Positions 58,846-63,930 of a stretch of 63,930 nt of DNA are shown here, in pieces. The notes under the pieces were generated by a model. It was not told where the DNA came from. It ran no database searches and saw only the letters and a program-made list of their open reading frames with translations. Numbering within the stretch: the first letter of the stretch is position 1; every line of letters starts with the position of its first letter. Position numbers and translations under genes: made by a program. Source of the DNA: Reclinomonas americana ATCC 50394 (lineage: Eukaryota); contig PS015024.1 of the NCBI GenBank assembly GCA_048213135.1, forward strand, positions 223,208 to 287,137, read 5' to 3'.

Positions 58846-61800
58846 CTATCCGGTCGACGTCCACCGTGTGGAGCTCGGACTTCTTGGTGAGTTGGCGCGG
58901 CTGCGCAGCGACGACTCCCACATCAGCGTCTGCTGGTTGACTCCGGGTGCCGCCAGATGGCGGTACTCGTGGAACTCGGCAGGGTATCTGTACAACTGGT
59001 AAGACTCTCGCGGAGGATGCATACGGCGCGTGATCCGAGTCGGGACGCAACGCTTGTGGTGGTGGATTCATGAACCGCTCCAGCGATCGGTGTCGGGAGG
59101 ACGACGAGCGCAGCGTGGGGCTGGCACTGCGCAGGCTGCGACGGTTCGGACTCGAGTTGCGCTGTGGTCTGTAAAATACAAGGTTGGCCGCAGTACACAA
59201 TGAAATGAAAGGCCAACAGAGCACACGACGCAACGACGTCTTGCGACCCTGTGCGCCCAACTGACTAAAGTGCAAGCTGCGCGCCAGATCCTCCTGCGAT
59301 CGCTCCAACGCCTGCAACGCCATGGCTCGCCCGTCTGCCTGCTCGCCTTCTTCAGCAAACGCCGCGGCCGCCGCTCCACCGAGAAGATCGCTGCTCCGCT
59401 CGTTGACCGACTGTGGCGGTGGTACCTCACGCAACAGCTCCGTTTGCAGCGGACTGGTCGGCGACGCCTGCGAGTAGTCCGCTCCGTACAACTGGCGCAG
59501 GGCCTGCACGTCCTTTTGCAGCGACGACGCCAGTTCCCGTGACGATGAACCGCGCGCCTCCTCGCTGCTCGGTTGTGGCGTTGAGATCTTGGTCACATCA
59601 GGTGTGCTCTGCACGCACACACACATGTCAGCAAGAGAAACGCATGCAGTCAGAGTTCGCAGAATCAGACGCAACAGGTGCCTGGCGACGGCTGGCCGCA
59701 GGCGACGATGACGACGACGACGCCGGTACGGGTTGATGGAAGACCGCACTTAACCGGTTGGCCACGCTGTAGGGCGAGCTCGTGCTCCGTGCTGGCGGCG
59801 TCTGTCGTGACTATGCATACAAAGAACATGCATGAATACTCGCGAACGAAAAATCTTCGCAGGCGGGGGCACGAGCGCACCGATCGACCCACGCGACGAG
59901 ACGATGTCCGCCGAGAGCCGTCTCGCCGTGGTGATGCATCGGCCGATGTGGGCTGGCTGTGGCCGGCCGACACTGGCGCAGAAGCAGACACACCGCGCGG
60001 TGCGAACTTGCGACGTGGGCTGTTGACACGACATGAGTGACGACCATTATCATCCAGTGCACTCGCCACAAGCACAACTCACCGGAAGCGAGGATTGCTG
60101 GAGCCAATGAATCGCGCCGATGACAACAAGTACTGATAGGCCTCTTGCAGCAGTTCTGGTGGTACCACGCCACTCTTGGCCACAAAGTCTGTGCGTCGCC
60201 GCGAGTGAGCATCATTCCTCCTTTTTCCCTCTTGCGCTCGTCCTCACCCATCAGATAATCAGCAGCCATCAGCGGGAATCTCACGTGCGGCAACACGGGT
60301 GCCATGGCGGTGGCGAGCGTCGGCACGGCGACCGGGTGCTCACTGCCGCGCGAGGGCGTCGGATCTGCAGCAGTGAATCACGAGAGTAAGTCTCGTTGTC
60401 GAGTGTCGCTGGCGCATGACAGCCGCGCACACCTGCATCACTGCTGCTGCCAATCGAGTGCACCACAATCTCCGGCACATTCGGGTCCTGGTTGTGTGGA
60501 ACCCGACTGCGGCTCCACAGCAGCACAGCCTCAAACACAGCCTCCTGCAACACACAAATCGTCATCGTCAGCGTCGCTGGCGGCAACAGGCAGCGAGACA
60601 CGCGGGGCATGAGGACCTCGGCTGACACATTCAAATCATCCGACGCCAACAGCTCCACCAGCAGCTCCGGCTGCAACTCGGGGAACGTAATCGTCTGCGA
60701 CATGGGCTCGAACTGCTGCAGCGCTTCGCGATGGCACATCTCAAACAACAGATCGCACTCGGCCGTCGCCGCCGCATTGAACAGCACCGGCAGATTCTCT
60801 GCCGTGATCTGCGTCGTCAGGAACTTGGCAATCTCATCAAACAGCGTGTACAGCGACAGCTCCCGCGCCGCAATCAGAATCTGCATGGGCGCACATGAGA
60901 GAGGCAATCAATGACTGGAACAGAGCGAGACAACAACAACCGTGTCGCACCTCGCAGGCCGTGATAATGTCTCGCAGGTGCACAGTGTCAGTGTACAAGT
61001 ACCGCAAGACGATCTCAAACGTCGCCGGTGAGCATGTGGTATGCGGTGTGATAATGGGCGCTTTGGAGGTCTGCAAAACACACAAGAAATGCATCAATGA
61101 ACAATGCATTCTCAAAGGTTGCATTTGCACGGTACCTCGTAACCGCTTCCAACGGCGGCAATCAGGGAGCGCAGATAGGGCGATCGAGCACACAAGACAA
61201 CCTGCAAGAGAGAGTGTGTGCGAGAGTGTGTGTCAGGACATGACACGCACACACACACAGGCGCACATGCAGATGCATGCGACTGCATCTTGCTCTTCCT
61301 TGCTCATACACAGACACAGGCAGCTGACCACAGAGAGAAGCATGCGCGTGTGCGCCAGTGCAAGTGACAACAGTGGCCATGACGACATGCCTCTCTCCCT
61401 CCCTCGTTCTCACGTGCTTCTCTGCCTGCACACTCTCTCACACTCTCTCTCCCTCAACGCACCTTGTGCGCTGGGAACGATCGATCGGCGACCACCACAG
61501 ACAGATCGGCGAGGTCTTCAGAGAGCGCATAGGCGGCCAGGTCCTCTCCCAGTGTGGTTCGTCGAGGCACAGACGATGCCGAGGGTGGTGCTGCTGCTGC
61601 TGATGATGATGAGGAAGAGGACGACGAGGGCAAAGAGAACGCCTGTTGCTGCTGTTGGGGTGATGCATGTGCTGGCGATGCAGCAGACATGCTGTGTGAT
61701 GCAGACGAGGAGGAGGTCACCAGTGGCGACGATGACGCTCCTGCTGTGCTCATTCCTGCTGTATCGATATGAGTGTGGGAGGCAGGACGCATGCGATTCA

Positions 61801-63001
61801 TTTGCCGGACGACGACGACTGCAATCGTCGTTGCATGAGGGTTTTCAGTGCCCGCTCGCGAAGTTGCAGCTCGGTCATTCCCGAGCTGCCGGTAACCACT
61901 GGTGGTGGTGTTGGAGGAGGAGGAGGTGGAGGAGGTGGGGGAGCTTCGGCGGCCACTGTCCGCTCAAGTGCCTGTTTCAGCAGGCGCTGGCGAAGCTCGG
62001 CCTCGACGAGCTCCATCTTGAGACGCTGCACGTGTGTCGAGGCCGATGCGCCAGTGGGGCTTGTTGGATCGGCCACCGGTGGAGGAGGCGGTGGAGGAGG
62101 CGGTGGAGGAGGAGGCGAAGGCTCGCGATGTTGATGTCGCTTGCGATCGGGCGAGCGGGATGACGATCGGTGACTGCGCGTGCGTGGTGGCGATGGCGAC
62201 TGGCGGTGGTGGTGATCCGGTGAGCGCGACGACGAGCGATGCCGCTTGCGGACGGCTGTCGGCGATCTGTCGTGACCGTGCGACGAGCGCCTGTGCTCAC
62301 GATGGTGGTGGTGGTGGTGGTGGCGGTGGTGTCGATCGGGGGAAGGCGATCGGTGACGATGTCGTCGCTACAGGCGCACCACAACTCAGTCACGCGAAAG
62401 TAGCACACCAATCATGAACAACAACCGCAACATCAACATCCTCAATCTCCGGTGGAGGTGGCGGTGGAGGCGGTGGTGGTGGTGGAGGTGGTGAAGGAGG
62501 TGGAGGAGGTGGATCCACCGGGGTCCCACTGCGACTGGTCGCACTGGACTCGACACTGGCCCGACGCGGCTCATCGATCGGCATGTCACTGTCACTGCTT
62601 CCGCCGCCGCTGCTACTGCTGCTGTCATCGCTGCTGCTGCTCGAATCACTGCCATGCCTCCTCTTCCGCCTCTTCTCCTTGCGCCTCTTCTTCTCCTTCT
62701 TGTCGCCGTCCCTCTTCTTCTTCTTGGCATGTTTCTTCTCTTTCTTCGCCTTGCGCTTCTCCTTGCGCTGCTGCCGCGCCATTCTCCGCTCCACGCGCTT
62801 CTGCTCCATGTCCATCATGGCCTTCTCCAGTGCCGAGGGCGCTGCATGCACACATAAGTTGATGACGAAAGCATGCAACTGAGCTCAAAACACACACACA
62901 CCTGCCATGGCGACTTTGCGCTCAATGGTGGAGATCAGACGCAGAGCCATTTCGTCACTGAGGCCAGCCACAGGCGCACTAAGGCGCCGAGCAGCGGCCA
63001 T
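58846..63001 (-). CDS. BTB/POZ-BACK domain protein with low-complexity K-, S- and P-rich N-terminus
   Basis: LADLSVVVADRSFPAHK, PATFEIVLRYLYTD, ITAEN, FPELQPELLVELLASDDLNVSAEEAVFEAVLLW and VRFPLMAADYL. Confidence 0.88.
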
Positions 63002-63073
63002 TGCGCGAGTGAAGACGGAGAGAAGAGAGGACACAGTCGGCGTCCTGCACCTCTTTCTTTCGTTGTTTGTTTG

Positions 63074-63930
63074 ATGGCGAGCCAAGGCATCACAGAGCGC
63101 TCCAACTCACTCAGCGCAAACATTGACTTGTGCAGCTCGCCACTGGTTCGCGAGACAGACACATGCATTGGCCTTGCGTTGCATCTCACACTCTCACAGG
63201 AGTTNNNNNNNNNNNNNNNNNNNNGCTCGGCATTCTGCATGCAGTCGATCGCCAGTTGTTTACTGGATGGCAGCCGGAGGGAGAGGAGGCGTCTGTGTCG
63301 TTTCCATCCATGCGCAGTGAGGAGGTGATGCGTGCATTGTGTGCATTCTCGCGTCGCATTCATGATTGCATGACACCGGAGCGGAGTGAGTCGTCGGTGG
63401 TCATTATGAGGTGCGAGAGAGAGAAAGGCTTGATGTGCAGTGAGATGCATCACTGAACGGTGATGTGTGGGGCGTGGCAGTGGGTGCGGAACAAGCGGTC
63501 GACTGGCGCACTTTTGTGCGCGCTCGTACAATGCGTTGTTGGAGGTGCTCGAATTGCCGCCGGTGTTTGCGTACTTGACGGCTGGTGGCGATGTGGTGAG
63601 TCCAGTCCCCGTGCTTGCATCTGCGGATGTGGAGTACTGAGTGGACGTGCAGGCGCTGGTCAAGAGCCAGGAGTCGGCCGAGGATGATCCGATCACTGCC
63701 AGGAGGCAGCTGGACGAGACCGTGCAGGCGCTCGGCAAGCCGAGTTGCGGCGCTTGTGCGCGGCTTGGTGTGTTGTTGCTGTGAACGACTCATTGCAGCC
63801 GTGTGTGTTGTGCAGACGTGGTGTACGTCGGCATCACGTGCGGTCTGTCGGCACCGTATGTCGCCGGTCAGCTCGATTACATGATGCAGCGATCGGAGGT
63901 GAGTTCTCTTCATCCCTGTTCGTGTTTTCC
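63074..63930 (+). CDS. GCKR: Glucokinase regulatory protein-like SIS-domain protein (GCKR/MurQ superfamily), 3' end outside the window
   Basis: ITERSNSLSANID, VVIMSGCGTSGRLA, YLTAGGD..LVKSQESAEDD and VYVGITCGLSAPYVAGQLD. By recall this is closer to GCKR (GISVGLSAPFVAGQ) than to bacterial MurQ (GIAASGRTPYV). Confidence 0.75.

Noticed and set aside
57819-63930. minE and murQ-like genes as bacterial contamination or a recently transferred operon
   Set aside because: Both contain spliceosomal introns in the host's donor style, are separated by a eukaryotic BTB gene and lie on opposite strands.

Overview
This is gene-dense, intron-rich nuclear DNA from a eukaryote, most likely a heterotrophic protist (inference), in a draft scaffold with many N gaps. 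Introns are short (about 55-130 nt) and often carry CA/GT or CT microsatellites. I spliced about 17 protein-coding genes by hand: a low-complexity protein, a C2H2 zinc-finger protein, an unknown membrane protein, the golgin CASP/Coy1, a four-domain NALCN/Cch1-like channel, two head-to-head ABCG5/ABCG8-like half transporters, a giant repetitive K/E/A-rich protein, BOP1, a large ARM-repeat protein, AMMECR1, coproporphyrinogen oxidase, a TPR protein, SmD2, a DHHC palmitoyltransferase, MinE, a BTB-BACK protein and a GCKR-like SIS protein. Main points of interest: (1) the channel has an unusual I-D-S-D selectivity ring and a fused calmodulin-like domain with four EF-hands; (2) a four-exon, bacterial-type MinE that the ORF track shows only in part; (3) frequent atypical GTTGCGT/GTTGAGT 5' splice sites resembling the shifted-register U1 class; (4) the divergent ABCG5/8-like pair; (5) two mis-oriented contigs whose flipping restores reading frames. 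Family calls come from recalled motifs, not database searches, and exon boundaries are manual.
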